Below, one piece after another: positions 11,642 through 23,153 of a stretch of 40,026 nt of DNA. A program made the translations under genes and the position numbers. Where the stretch lies: NCBI GenBank assembly GCA_009602735.1, contig WELA01000937.1, positions 343,755 through 383,780 of the forward strand, written 5' to 3'. Each line of letters opens with the position of its first letter. Within the stretch, counting starts at the first letter, position 1. The notes beneath the pieces are model-generated. The model was not told where the DNA came from and searched no databases. It was given only the letters and a program-made list of their open reading frames with translations. Origin of the DNA: Mesotaenium endlicherianum (Eukaryota).

Positions 11642-14600
11642 TGCAGAGCATCTCCGCATGCTGCAGGGCGAGGGCTTCCCGGGAGGGGGTCCTCCCTTCC
11701 ACGGGGGGCCCGGGGGGCACCCGGGCATGCACCCGGGAGCGCCAGGTGGCGGCTTCGGATTCGTGGAGGGCCACGAGATGGGCGGGTTCATGCACCCCCC
11801 TGGCGGATATGGCGGAGGAGAGATGCACCCGGACATGGGCATGATGCATCTGCAACAGCGCCCCCGAAAGGTCTCTACCCTTCTGCCCATGTGTGCGTGC
11901 GTGCATGCGTGCGTGTGTGTGTGAGGGTCTGCTTCAATTCATGTGAATGTGTGTGTGAGTGTGTGAGTGTCCATGTGTGCGCGCGCGCTCGTGTGCGTCT
12001 GTTCCTGCACGCTTCTGTGGCTTCCTCTTGGGAAAGAACCTCCTTTCAGCATGTGTGCAAGACACTGCGGCAAGTCAGAAGATGTGTGTGGGGGGGCGTG
12101 GGCGCCTGAAGGAGCTTGTGCTAGAGCTGCACATGTGCGCATCTGACCCGAATAGGGAACTTGCACAAACGCACACATACGCCCTGCCTACTCTCGCCCG
12201 GGCACCAACTGCGTGCATGGGTGCGTGCCCGAGTTTTAGGCTGACGCACAGCTCTGGTTCTCTCACTCTTTGTGTGACCCCCCGTCACCTACCGGCTCGT
12301 CATCAGTGTTCACATACGAGAAGTCAGAGAAATTGCCTGTTCCAGATGGCAAACACTGCATGTTTCCAGGCCTGCGCGTGCATGCAAGCGCACGCACGCG
12401 CGTGGCTGTGTGAGTGCGTGTTGGCCCGTGCGCGTGTGTGTGCTCACATACACACATGGGTTTGTCGCGCACTGATGCATGGACTCCACGCCGCGGGGTG
12501 TCGTTTAGTTGCAAGCCGCCTCTGCGAGTGCCGGGTGCAGGTCAGGGGGGGTATCTCCGCTTGCTGCTGCGGCTTTCTCTGATGCGTGGCAGCTGCACTG
12601 TGCGATCGAAGTCATTCTCTTCTTCCTTTGCGACTGGTGGTATCACAAAGTCGGGGCACGTGTACGAAGAAGTCACACCCCTTCGACTGCGGAGCCGGAC
12701 ACTTTCGCTCTTTTCTTATCCTTCAACATGAGTTCCTTTTTTTTCGAGGGTGCGACTCGTACAGGCGCAAGTGCCGTCGTGGCTGATAGAGGAGATTTTG
12801 AAGAGGAAGAACCAGGAGGCCGCCAAGGGCCAGCTGGCGCCGGCAGACGGGGCGGCGGGCCAGGAGGGACAGGTGGCGTCGAATGGGCTCGCGGCGGTGG
12901 GCAAGGCCATGAGCGACTCCGAGGCCGACAGCAGCGACGGCGACGACGACGACGACGACGTAAGCGGACACGGCTCTTGTGCGCTTGCGCAGACACGTGG
13001 ATGGAGAATCATGCGGTGTGAGTGGAGGTTGTTTGTGTTCCACTCAATGGTGGCTGTGCGGATGGTGCGTGCGCCTGAGCACCTGGGCGTGCGTGTGTGC
13101 GCGTGCGTGTGTGTGTGTGTGCTCGTGTGCTTGTGTGTGATTGTGTGTGTGTGTGTGTCTGCGTGCGTGTGTGCGCTTGTGCACCTCTGAAGTGGCAGCC
13201 TGAGCAATTGGGCCTGGGCTTTCACTTTTGGGTTCTGGAAGCTCATAGTCCCAGGTGCAAGACTTTGAGCTCGGGGTTTTGGCCTCAGGGCTGGGCTGCT
13301 GTTCAGATTTGCGCTGACACCCATGCGTTCTCGCCTGCGCCTGTGCTTGCGCAGGAGGAGAAGGAGCAGGCGCGGCTGGCAGCCATGAACAACGAGATTA
13401 AGCGCGTGCTCACAGAGGTTCTTCTCAAAGTCAGTCTCTCCCTTCCCCTGGGCCGCCCCTGGCCCCCCCGCTCCCCCACCCCACCNNNNNNNNNNNNNNN
13501 NNNNNNNNNNNNNNNNNNNNNNNNNNNNNNNNNNNNNNNNNNNNNNNNNNNNNNNNNNNNNNNNNNNNNNNNNNNNNNNNNNNNNNNNNNNNNNNNNNNN
13601 NNNNNNNNNCCTTTCACCCCCCAAACGCCCCCCCCTTCCTTCCCTCCCCTCCTTCTAGCAGCCCCTTGTTGCCCTGTGCTTCCTCTCCGTTGCGTTGCCG
13701 GCTGATACAGCCGTGACCTTAGTTCATGCATATGATGCTCGTCTCGAGCGAGCACCTGAGCAACGGCAGCTGTGGCCGCCAGCTATTGGGAGGGGGAGAT
13801 GGAAGCCGACAGCTGCAGGAAAGCAGGAAGCTGCAGCTGCAGGCCGCCGCAGGGGCCTCGCCAGCTGGCGGCAGGGGGTGCTCTCGCGAGCCGCAGCAGC
13901 AAGAGCTTCTTGGGAGACGGAATTGCTGCCGCCAGACAGTTGTGAATGGAGATGACATTTTCGTGTATGAGTTCTCCCCGGCCTCTGCTTGCAGGGTTTA
14001 GAGGGGAAGAGGGGCGTGGGAAGGGGCGGGGGGGGGGGGATTTGGGCCTGGTGGAACTGGGGGATGGATGTGCTTTTGCTGGTGGGATACGTACGGGTGG
14101 GGGGCCAGCCTCAGATCGTTGGTCCCCTATCCCCCCTTAGGTGGGGCCCGAGCTCAATTTTGCGTGCCCTTTCTGGAAAAGAAGGAGAGAGGTTGCCGTA
14201 GAGGCCTGGGTGTTGCTTTTGTGAGGCCTTCTCTTTGTGCCGGTCGGCGACTCGTAACAGCTGCTATCAGGGAGAGGCTCGATCTTTACTGATGCTCCCT
14301 CTGCGCTCCCCGCACCCCTCCCTCCTCTTTTGACCCTCCCTCCCGGCGGCAGGTGACGGACGATCTCTTTGAGGAGATAGCGGACGAGGTCGCCAACGAG
14401 GACGACGACGACGACGACGACGACAGGAGCGACGACGACGACGGCAGCGCAAGACGATCCAAGAGTAAGAGCGTGCGCGCAAACGCTCAAAACGGCAGGC
14501 TCGCTGGCAGCCTCTCCTCTTCACGCCCAGCAGCATGAACGATTGTTATCTCTTGCCTCCTAGTAACCGTACGCCGTCGCAACATCTGAAAGGCAACGTG

Positions 14601-17600
14601 AATCTCACAAGTGCTGGCCCCTCGCTCCTCGCTCCTGGAGCGTAACTTCCTGCTGCCCCCCGCGGACACTGGGGAGCTCGCGGCAGCGTCTGGGTGTAAG
14701 TCGTGAAGGAGATGGGGTCAAAATGGAGTAGTATGAGGGGGTCAGGGGGGGTACTGGAGCTCGCAGCGGGGGGGGGGGGTTGACTTGGTGATGGTGTGGT
14801 TCAGAAGGTGGAGTTGTTTTGACATTAGTACGACCCCGGCTGGGGGGGGGGAGGCGTGTTTGTAAGCATGCGGGTTTGAAGGTTGAAAGTGTGACCAAGC
14901 AGGTCGTGTGTCTGGGCGTCTAATTTGCCAGAAGGGCACTACTGAGGGCGTTATGGGGAGGCAGCTTGCGTGATGTTTTGCTGGCAGCATGTTCCGTGCG
15001 GTAAACATGCTGGCTGGCCGAGGAAGAGTGGATATGCTCGACTGCCTGCCCGTTGCAGCTGCCGTTTGGACATAAGTGGCGTTCTCGCCGGCCCTGCCCA
15101 TGCATGCGTGTGCGTGTGCCCGTGCGTGCATGTGCGTGCATGTGTGTGTGTGTGTGTGTGTGTGTGGAGGAGGCTCGCAAGGTCTTCCATGGACTTCACG
15201 TGCGAGCAGCGTCGGACCATGCTGGTTCTGGTTCTGCTGCTTTCATTGCCCCCGTCTTTGTGGTGAAAGGGAGGGGACAAGAGGATCTAAAGAGGCCAGA
15301 AGCTCAGCAGTGGCAAGCGGAAGAGAAATGGGTCCACAAAACTTGAGGAAACAAGATATGCTGGAACTTGAATGCAAAGGAAGTTGCATGTAAAGATGCG
15401 CACGCTGACCCCTACTGTTCTTGTCCTTTCGCCTGTGTGCCACCTGCCTTTTGTCCCCTCCTCCAGCTGCCAGGCCTGCTCCACGACACGTGCCACCTGC
15501 AGGCAAGGACGAGGAAGACGACTCTGGCGACGACAATGATGACGAGGACAGAAAAGACGTGAAGAAGGCAGCGCCTGTGGTCCACGCGCCAGCTGGCGTC
15601 CAGATCCTGAGGCCGACATCTGTGGCCCGCATGCTCGCGGCACCTGGCAAGCCACTTGCAAGAAGCGGGGTCAAGGGAGAGCCGCAGGGGGGTGGGGGCC
15701 GTGACGACGACGACGACAGCAACGATGACGAGGACTCGGACGGCGATGGCGCGGGTGCGCCAGCTGGCACCCTGCTGGGCCTCGCTAATTATGACTCGGA
15801 CGCAGAGGGTGGGGGCGAGGGCCACGCCTCGAAGGCGAGCGAGGAGGCTGATGCTGATGCCGGCGCTGAGGGCCGCGGTGAGAGGGGAGGGGAAGGGGAG
15901 GGGGCCGGGGAGAGAGGGGCCAGGCTGGGCAGCGAGAAGGAGGCGCGTGCTGTGAAAGAGGGAGCGGGGGAGGAGGAGGAGGAGCAGAAGGGGCAGCCGG
16001 CGGCTGCGCCTGCTGAGGTGGAGGAAGCGGCCAATCAGGAGCCGGCGTTGCCCCTCGCGGGCCTTGCTGGCGCATTTCTGAAAGCCGACGGCGACAGCGA
16101 CGAAGCCAGGAAGAACGTTCGGCAAAGCGCAGGAGTGGTAGCAGGTGGGACAGGAGGAGAGAATGCAAAGGATGGTGAGAATGCGCCCTCATCTGAGATG
16201 GCAGGAGAGCACGCGCGCCAAGGAGCACCTGGTGACACGGAAGGGGGCACAAATGGTGGCGATAGTGGGGGTGCAGCGGGCGCTGTGGAGCTAGCACCTG
16301 CAGGGGTGGCCAGCAAAGAGGGGGGCAAGAAGGAGGAGGAGGAGAGGCGCCAGCGCGAGGGTGTGGGAACGGGGAAGGAGAAAGGGGAGAGGAAGAGGAG
16401 GAGGGACGAGGAGAGGGAGGAGGAAGCGGGCAGTAGGGGGCCGGTGGAGGCAGAGGCAGCAACAGAGGCGGTTGCTGAGAGGAGGAAGGATTCGAAAAAT
16501 GTGGATGGGGGGAGGGAAAGGGAGAGCGAAAAGGAGGCGAGTAAGGAGGGGGAGCGAGAGAGTGCAGAGAAGCAGAAGCAGAGGGGGGGGAGTGGAGCCG
16601 ATGACGAGGGGAAGAGGGAGCAGGGTCGATCCGGGCGCAGCAGCGGGGGCGTGGAGAAAGAGAAGAGGCGGGATAGTGGTGATGGGGAGCGGGAGAAGCG
16701 GCGGGGGGACGAGGGGAAAGGGAAAGAGAGGGGGAGGGTGAACGATAGGGAGGAGCGGCGGGAGAAGGACACACACAGGAGGGAGGATAGGGGGAAGGGT
16801 TCGGAGAGGGGAAAGGAAAAGGAGCGGGAGAAAGGGGAGGAGAAGGAAAAGGAAAAGGAGCGGGAGAAGGTAAAGGATAGAGAGAAGGAGAAAGCGAAGG
16901 AGCGGGAGAAGGAGAAGGAGAAGGAGAGGAAGAAGAGAGAGAAGGAGAAGGAGAGGGAGAAAGAGAAGGAGCGTGGGAGCAAGAAGCTGAAGAGAAGGTC
17001 GTCCTCTCCCTCCTCCTCCTCTGACGACGACGACGACGACCGCCATGGCCACAACAGGTGCCCCCGACCCTCTCCCCCGGCCCTCCTGCCCCCGCCCCCA
17101 CCCCCGGCCCCAGCCCTGTCCCCCTGCCCTCTTCCTCCCCTTCCCCTTCTCCCGCCTCTTCTCTGATCTTCATTCCCAGCCCCTACCCTTTGCCCGTGAA
17201 CTAATGGCTTGTTTCCTGAAGCCTGTTCAGGGCCAGGCTTCTGTCATGCATGCAGTCCCTGTGGACTGGGACAATCCGTCCGCTGCTGCTGCTGCTTCTC
17301 CTCCTCCAGCTCCTGGTCTGTTGCCTGGCTCTGATCTGGTCTAGTCCAACTCGCGATGCCCGTCCGACACAATCGAGCTGCTGGAGAGGATCGCTTGACT
17401 GCTAGAGAGATCGCTTTCCTCTCCGAGGCAGTCGGCGGAAGCTGGCACCCTCTTGCCTCTTGCTAATTTGACGCTGGTCCTTATCATTGGTCCTGGTGGG
17501 GGGATTTCTCGCGGGCTGGCAGGAAAAAGCGGGGGCAAGCGGGAGGAGGAAAGTCGACCCGCCGCCGTGACAGCCGCTCCCGCTCTCGTTCCAGATCCAG

Positions 17601-19381
17601 GTCCAGGTCCAAGTCCCGATCCAGATCAAGGTCCAGGTCACCTCGGGCTCGCAACAGAAGGTACTTCACCTGCCCAACCGCGCGCGCGCGTGCTCGCTCG
17701 CTCGTCGTTCTCTGTGTTGTGTCCGGCCTGCATCCAATGCTTGCTCCCGTTTTGTGTGTTCTTTGTGTGTGTGTTCTTGTATGTCTATTTGCTGGCTTGT
17801 TTGTCGGTGTGTTGTTTTGGCGTCTGGGAGCTCTGGCACTTCCCTGAACCTTGAGGAGAGGGGGGAAAGGGGCAGACACATTGGGCCGGTGCGGCTCTGT
17901 TGGGGTGCTGTTTGACAGTGAGTCGTCCTCTGAGGGGCTGAGAATGCAGCAGCTCTGGGGGGCGGCTACTCCTTGATTGGAGAACAGGGGCTCTGGTTCA
18001 CCTCTGCTCTGTATCTTGTATACTTTGTCATCTTCTCAAAGCGCATTGGCTTCTACATCCAAGCCCCTCTCCTCCCGAGAGTTCCGCAGCCTCTGTCGAT
18101 GCGCTGCATCGCTTGTCAGTTGCACGAAGCTCGGCGTGTGTCTAACCAGCACAAGATTGTGGCCAACCGGTGTTGAGCGTGTGGTGCCCGTTCCCTCTGC
18201 GGATGTTGAGAGCCAGGCTTCTGCTGTCTTGCTGCCTCTGGCGGGGCCCCTTTTCCGGCCCATAGAGAATAGAGATATGCTGCTGCTTCTTTCTTCCTCA
18301 ACAGCTGGCTGCACGTAAGTGGGCTGACAGACAGGCTGCCTGGTCTAGCTTGTCAAAGCCTCCCCTGAACTCTGACGGAGAAGAGAAGCTGCAACAGAGC
18401 CCTTGGAGACATTCTCTGTCCCCCCTTGTCCTCCTATTTTCTCTCATCCTTTTTTCTCCTCTCTCTCGGTACTCTCCCTCTGGCACCCCTCTCCCCTTTG
18501 CATCTCCGCGCGCCCGCCGGGCTCCTTCTCCTCCTCCTGCTCCTCTCTGTGTGCATGCTCTTGCGATTGCTCCCTGCTAAAGATTCACGATGCTGTTGGA
18601 CATGCTCTAGACGTGCGTCGCGGTCCCGCTCTCGCTCCCCGCATAGGCAGAAGCATGCTTCCCACCACCACCATCGCAGCACCAGCAACCACTCTCCATC
18701 TCCTCCTCCTTCTCGTGAGCGCCACCGGTGAGCCTCCGCCCCATCGCCCTCCGCCCCCCCGCTTCCAGCCTGTGCCTTGTTGCTCTTCTCTCTGTCTACT
18801 TCTCTTCCTTCTCTCTCTTGCGCTCACGCTTTCGCCCCACGCTGCCACGCTGCGTCTCATCTGCTGTCCCCTTCTCTGGCTCTGCTTCCTCCTTTCCCCC
18901 AGGTCTGTGCAGATTCTTATAGCGGGGTTCTCATTGCTGTCGCTGGACAGGGAGCTTTTGGAAGCTGCTGGTCCATAATCATCACATCTGTCGAGCATTT
19001 TCTTGGCGGAGTGTTTCCCTGCCACGACCGCTTAGGCCCACAGGTCTACTATGAGATGTTTGCAATGGCACGATGCAGACATTCTTTTTCACGTCGTTCC
19101 CATCGGGGCTTTCTTAATCTGGCGTGTATGCTTCACTACTACATGAGGACATTCGAGTTTGTTTCTTGCGGGTTCGTAGTTTTCAGCAAGGGCCCCTCAC
19201 GAAAAAAAGGCTGAGCTCGATCGGTAGTACTCTTAGGATCTGCTTGCGTACTTCTATCTTGTTTCTTATTGTGAGGGGCTGCTTGATGTTGCTTTGTACG
19301 AGCAGGGGGGGGACGAAGGAACGGGACAAAGGAAAGCACTGGCGGTCAGATTCGTCTCCGGCCAAAAAGAGACGAAGCTAG
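7191..19381 (+). CDS. PNISR: PNISR-like (SFRS18/SRrp130-type) arginine/serine-rich nuclear protein, about 1312 aa, 13 exons
   Basis: Phase-checked exons 7191-7466, 7805-7847, 8929-9299, 9923-10094, 10507-11024, 11616-11870, 12765-12959, 13355-13429, 14353-14464, 15467(or 15503)-17057, 17523-17660, 18611-18727, 19306-19381. Family motifs in order: DWAARARAWA, VPSWLIEEILKRK, NNEIKRVLTEVLLK|VTDDLFEEIADEV, LLGLANYDSD, then a KE/RE-rich tract and an RS-dipeptide tail. The last exon and some low-complexity exon boundaries are uncertain. Confidence 0.85.
9528..9880. repeat. Degenerate ~9-bp minisatellite (GTGCCGAAT-like) in PNISR intron 3
   Basis: Recurrent gtgccgca/gtgctgaa/gtgccgga/gtgccgaa/ctgccgaa units at 9528-9575, 9636-9670 and 9798-9880. 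Confidence 0.6.
10103..10150. repeat. (CT)n microsatellite just after the PNISR exon-4 donor
   Basis: Perfect CT run of about 24 units. Confidence 0.95.
11515..15165. repeat. Several degenerate (TG/TGCG)n microsatellite tracts in PNISR introns (about 11515-11585, 11890-11995, 13088-13180, 15100-15165)
   Basis: Directly visible; they produce the spurious CV/VC and HT/TH ORFs. Confidence 0.9.
13486..13609. other. Assembly gap (124 N) in PNISR intron 8
   Basis: Run of N flanked by C-rich sequence. Isolated Ns also occur at 1970, 9510, 23341, 35241 and 36139-36141. Confidence 0.99.
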
Positions 19382-20786
19382 TTAGCACACAGCTAGTTAG
19401 TCCCCACAGCTTACCCAGCAGGGGCTTTGTACTCTTTAGGGTGCATCAGATAACGACGGAGCAGGTTGGCAGAAGTCATTAACTCGAGGTGTAACCTTTT
19501 TTTGGGGGTGAAATATTGTTGTCTGCTTGAAGCCCTTTCCTCTTTGAAGACTTGTGCGTTTGACATCCTGTCGGTTTCTTCTAGCTGAAGTGTGGCAGCA
19601 GCCGTCTCGATCCGCACGCTCAAAAAGTTACACGCCTTGGCCCACCTCTTGATTTGTGCCATCATATGGACTAGCGAATACCAGCTTGCGCGAAAGGGTA
19701 TAACGCCGAAGCACGTGTGCATGCTCGGAAAAACATAATCATGGTTGGTTCTAATGTACATCGTGAGGTTGTGCCCACACTTGGAATGTGAAGTGCGTAT
19801 TTGTGCACGGATTACAAGAGCTGGATCGACGAGTGCATGCATGAGGAGAGATGAAAGGCAGAAAGCTGAACAAAGGTCAAGACTAATTGGTGCATGTTTT
19901 TGGCCGCTGGGCCATATGTTGGGAAATTTATGAAGTCATATGTTCCTAACTGATACGGCATATGAATAGAACACATTCAGAACATTATTAACAGCAAATG
20001 CTGTTCATGGTTCGATCTGCCCCGTTGATGCATATCATCAGGCGCCTTGACATGAGCATGACCAAAAAATCTTGCGTGTCGGTAATCAGCAGCAACATGC
20101 AATGCACAAAAGTTCAGCTGTTAGGTCAAGAGAAGCTTCATATCATCCTTGCAGTACACATGATTTTACTCAGTTATGGACTTTTCATGACATTCTTAAT
20201 AGATAATAATATCTTGCAGATGGACTCCATCAGCATGTGTTCTTTCTGCTGCAGTAGACAACTGCAGATCTCATATGGAGGTTGAGGACATGCTCAATGA
20301 AGACTTTCAACTCGTGGCAAGACATGTCCGTGCACAATCGACTTCCCCTTCTAAGATGGAACAACAATTAGAGTTCTATCCGAATGTTCTCTACACTCAG
20401 CCTTGAGATCCGAGATGAGATGCAATGCTATGGGATGCTGTCACTATTCTCATAGGCAGCGATATCTGCACTGTCTGTTGAAGTCATCAAGCAGAATGGG
20501 TTGTGAAGCCGAAGCGTCTGACTCCCCCTCGTTGAATTAGCAGCTTCGATGCAACCACAAAACAAGACCTAGAAGTGTGCACATTTGAAGGTACCAAGGC
20601 TCTGAACGCGCCTCGCTATGAACACCACCACCACCACCGCATATGGAGCACGCATGAACATCACGACAAATAAATGCCGTGCAAAATCAACGATTCTCTC
20701 ATTCTTTTACAATTACAGACATGCTCCGCTCTGTTTTTCTCCTCGTATTGCAAGCCGCCTGATGCTGCCTGCACACACAGCTCCTA

Positions 20787-20807
20787 CCCTAACCCTAGCC
20801 CTAACCC
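20787..20807 (-). repeat. Telomere-type GGG(TTAGGG/CTAGGG)3 motif overlapping the PAC1 stop codon; potential G-quadruplex
   Basis: The minus strand reads AAG TAG GGTTAGGGCTAGGGTTAGGGTAGG: four GGG runs with 3-nt loops. Confidence 0.8.
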
Positions 20808-22038
20808 TACTTTTCGTCCTCCTTGGGCTGCGTGATGTTGTGCTTGAGCAGCAGGGCGTCCAGCTCCGCTGAGCTGTACACGCGGTACTTCACCTCGCCA
20901 CTTGGTGTCGTCGAGACGCGCGCCAATTCCAGCTTCTCTGACGACAGCGTGGTGCTGTCCATCGTCTTGCTCAGCACCTTAAGCGCCAGGTGGACGGCCC
21001 CGTCGAGGTCCAGGTCCTCCTTGTAGTCCTGCTTCAGAATTGACTGGGCGGCTGCGTGGTTGGCCCCAATCGCGGTCGCTTTCCACCCGCCGTAGTTCCC
21101 GCTGGGGTCGCTCTGGTAGAGCTGGAACCCGAAGTTCTTGTCCCACCCGGCGAAGAGGAACGAGACTCCAAACGGACGAAGCCCGCCAAACTGTGTGTAG
21201 CCCTGCTTCGTATCGCATAGCGACTGGACTAGCTGCTCCACTGGCATCGGCTCCTGCAGTTTCACAAATTTTTATGTTTGTTACGCATTTTTGAAAGGTT
21301 TATGCCCCCCCAGGAGAGAAACACAAAGGAAGCCAAGGTCACCTAGATAAGTGAGTGGGGAGCAGGGTATTGTTGAATACTTTTAACAACAAGCACCAAC
21401 TCATCGATTTCCACACAAAGACACATCTATTACCAAAAAGTACTGTCACTGCACTGGGTTTCAGGGGAGAAGGGACACCTAAATGTGGGTTGCCCATATA
21501 ATTGTCCATGACGCCTGCACTTGTACCCTCAACCATGGCAGCTGTACCCTCAACCATAGTAGCTAGGTGGGTGACATGGCACCATCTCCTTTCCCCCTCC
21601 TTTCCCCACACTTCCCTCTAATATCCAAACATAACTCATGCAGTGATGTTTTAAGAAACCCCCCCTGCATCCCCCAAGCTATGTGACCAGTAGTAACCTG
21701 CCTGGTCAATTTGTGATTAGTTTAGTGAATACCTGGTAAGCGAACATGAATCGCTGGGCTGCCAGCCGTGCTGTATTGATCAGAATGTTCGCATCTGCTG
21801 TGATGCCCGCCACTGCAGCAGCAAGATGCTCGTCAATCTTATACATCTTCTCTGTGGATTTTGAGGTTTCCAAAAGCTTCGAGGTGATCTTTTTTTCCGC
21901 TGCCAAGACTACTCCATCTGTTGCCAGTATGCCTACTGCAGCACCAGCATGGCTGATGGCTTCCATGGCGTATTCGACCTGATATAATCGCCCCTCGGGC
22001 GAAAAGGTAGTTGTGCGGTTGTCATACCGACGAGACAT
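20807..22038 (-). CDS. PAC1: 20S proteasome subunit alpha type-4 (alpha-3), 250 aa, 2 coding exons
   Basis: Exons 22038-21733 ([32 protein letters not shown]...FMFAYQ) and 21253-20807 ([38 protein letters not shown]...[12 protein letters not shown]...). Phase-0 GT-AG intron; classic PSMA4/PAC1/PRE9 signature. Confidence 0.98.
21523..21564. repeat. 21-bp tandem duplication in the PAC1 intron
   Basis: tgtaccctcaaccatggcagc followed by tgtaccctcaaccatagtagc. Confidence 0.85.
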
Positions 22039-23153
22039 CTTTTAAGTTCTCGTATAAATTCTATGTCGGAATGTGCAAACGCTACGAGTTATTATAAACA
22101 AGAGCAAAAGCAAACAGAAGAGAAAACCAAAGCGCTGCACCTGCCTGACTCACGATCAAACAATTCAGACAGATTGGCTGGCATGTATGTCAGCGATTAT
22201 GTTGGCGATGTTGCTCATGGATTAGCTAACAGCAATTGGGATAGTGTCTTGGCATGTGCTTTACCATGATGGATTAAAGCAACACTTGATCCCATGCTTC
22301 ATGCTCCTTCAAGACCAACACATCCCCCGACTTCATACGTAAAAAACAGGATTCGAGATTAATGCGAACCAGATTACAAATTCAAAGGGTTGACCTAGGC
22401 AATTGTCACGAGCAGTCAAGACCTTGTCAATGCTTGTCAGGTCAAGAGCACCCTCGAAGGCCCTCGAGCAAGCGCGCCCATGAGCGCGCCCGTCAATTCT
22501 CATGTCGGACGTCTCTTCCGTACAGTGCAATAAAAATCTGACTGCAGCAGGACTGCAGTATACGACCATATACGACGGTAGGTTGAAAATGCCAGTCAGC
22601 ACGCGGTCTGCATCCTCCTGCTGTCCTCCTGAGCTGAAGTAGAAACATAAGTTCCAATCAGCTACTGCTGAGCTACTGCCTTCAGACCGCCCTTGCAACA
22701 GGGAAATTTGACTTTCTCCTCGTGGTCCACGGTAGAACGGAACCGTGAAGGGAGCCATATAAACAAAAAAAACAAAGAACAGTTGCTTTGCTCATAAATT
22801 CCTGCCCAGATTGTGTCACCAAGTACCAAGGCCATGGTTATATTTGCCAATTGTGCCATTCAGGATCCGCTCATTACCTGCCATAGCTAAAAGCATTCCT
22901 CTGAGTCGACGTCGTGGCCAAGTGAAGAGCAATTGTAGATATCGCTGTAGGAAAGTGGATTTGGAAGCATTTTTCTCCACTCCACTTTCAACAGACAACG
23001 ATCATTCTGGGTGAAAGCAAGAGGGGGAGTAAAACAGTTTGAGTATCCGTTCTGAAAGCTGTGTCTAGGTTCACAAGCTATTCACCACTACCGAGGGTCC
23101 TTCTTTGGCTCTCCCTTCAAGTATCACTCTCTCGTTTAAAGAAAGGAATACTT
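22039..23153. promoter_or_regulatory. Putative bidirectional promoter/5'UTR region between PAC1 and ENA
   Basis: Divergent ATGs about 1.1 kb apart; a possible PAC1 5'UTR intron (minus-strand GTGAGT near 22153, AG near 22061-22084). Confidence 0.5.

Noticed and set aside
15785..17173. Long antisense ORFs (462, 339 and 253 aa)
   Set aside because: Shadows of the purine-rich KE/RE exon of PNISR; low-complexity Ser/Phe/Pro/Leu translations.
22333..22758. 141-aa minus-strand ORF between PAC1 and ENA
   Set aside because: No recognisable motif, non-ATG start, and it lies in a probable bidirectional promoter; cannot be supported without expression data.
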